Assembly: GCA_002269645.1 (NCBI GenBank)
Contig: NIVC01000890.1
Location: 62,001 to 126,000 of the forward strand
Origin: Macrostomum lignano
Lineage: Eukaryota
Direction: 5' to 3'
DNA: 64,000 bases
This document shows, in pieces, positions 63,518-64,000 of the stretch (positions are counted from its first letter, which is position 1; the number at the start of each line of letters is the position of its first letter). The position numbers were made by a program, and so were the translations under genes. The notes below the pieces were generated by a model. That model ran no database searches. It saw nothing but the letters and a program-made list of their open reading frames with translations, and was not told where the DNA came from.

Positions 63518-64000
63518 GCACGCGAAGGCGTATTCAGCATGCCAGTGAAGTATGAGACAGACTAGGCCCATGGGCTAAGGTCTGCGATGCTTCACGCCTG
63601 CCCCTATCTTCAGCAGGTCAAGGCTGGTGGGAGGTCTGCACCCTCTATTTGCCTCTGGCAGCCGCAGACCCCCCCCCCCCACGCTGTCTCGCAAGTCGAC
63701 CCAGGGTACTCGTCCCCGCGTGTGTTCAAGGCAGTCCCTAGGGCTGCTGGACAGACTGGGCTCCGGCGCTGGCGACCCTATCCAGTGGCTTCGGCCGAAT
63801 TTGGGTATGCGGGTCTGGCTCGCCAACCTGCAGGCCGTGGTACTGCTCAACGTACTCTCTAATGCCTAAGGTGTTGACCGTGCCGATGGGCTGGAAGGCC
63901 GGGGAGTAGTCCGGTCGCAAGCGGTCCCCCTCCTGGTGTCGGGCCAGCCTTGAGGGTGCTATTGGCCTACTGCCCGGTCAGGTGGAGCGGCCGGGTGGGT

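Noticed and set aside
63560-64000. GC-rich ORF fragments at the window end (possible retroelement or MFS 5' exon)
   Set aside because: No recognisable motif or phase-compatible splice sites; truncated by the window

Overview
Eukaryotic, intron-rich genomic DNA with GC-rich exons, AT-rich spacers and a tandem repeat in most large introns. The style suggests a flatworm such as Macrostomum, but this is inference and was not verified. I spliced genes by hand using GT-AG boundaries and phase matching; all family assignments come from recalled motifs, not database searches. Genes: (1) a complete 8-exon ELMO/CED-12 gene (- strand, ~921 aa); (2) a 2-exon GT32-like type II membrane glycosyltransferase lacking the DXD motif; (3) a 9-exon + strand gene encoding two tandem all-Cys RING fingers, a TM helix and a C-terminal domain resembling the LAP1/LULL1 Torsin-activator domain, which is the most unusual item; (4,5) two tandem AIG1/GIMAP GTPases ending in CaaX boxes, one with a 1-nt frameshift; (6) an 11-exon type I receptor (signal peptide, degenerate LDLa, FN3 repeats, TM, short tail; ~915 aa); (7) the 3' part of an MFSD8-like MFS transporter. 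Mobile DNA: a 3.27-kb non-autonomous Helitron carrying a 24-bp array, hAT and PIF/Harbinger MITEs, a Tc1-like relic, Gypsy and LINE fragments, and a tRNA-derived SINE. There is no CRISPR, rRNA or true tRNA gene. Most long ORFs in the supplied track are artefacts of repeats.
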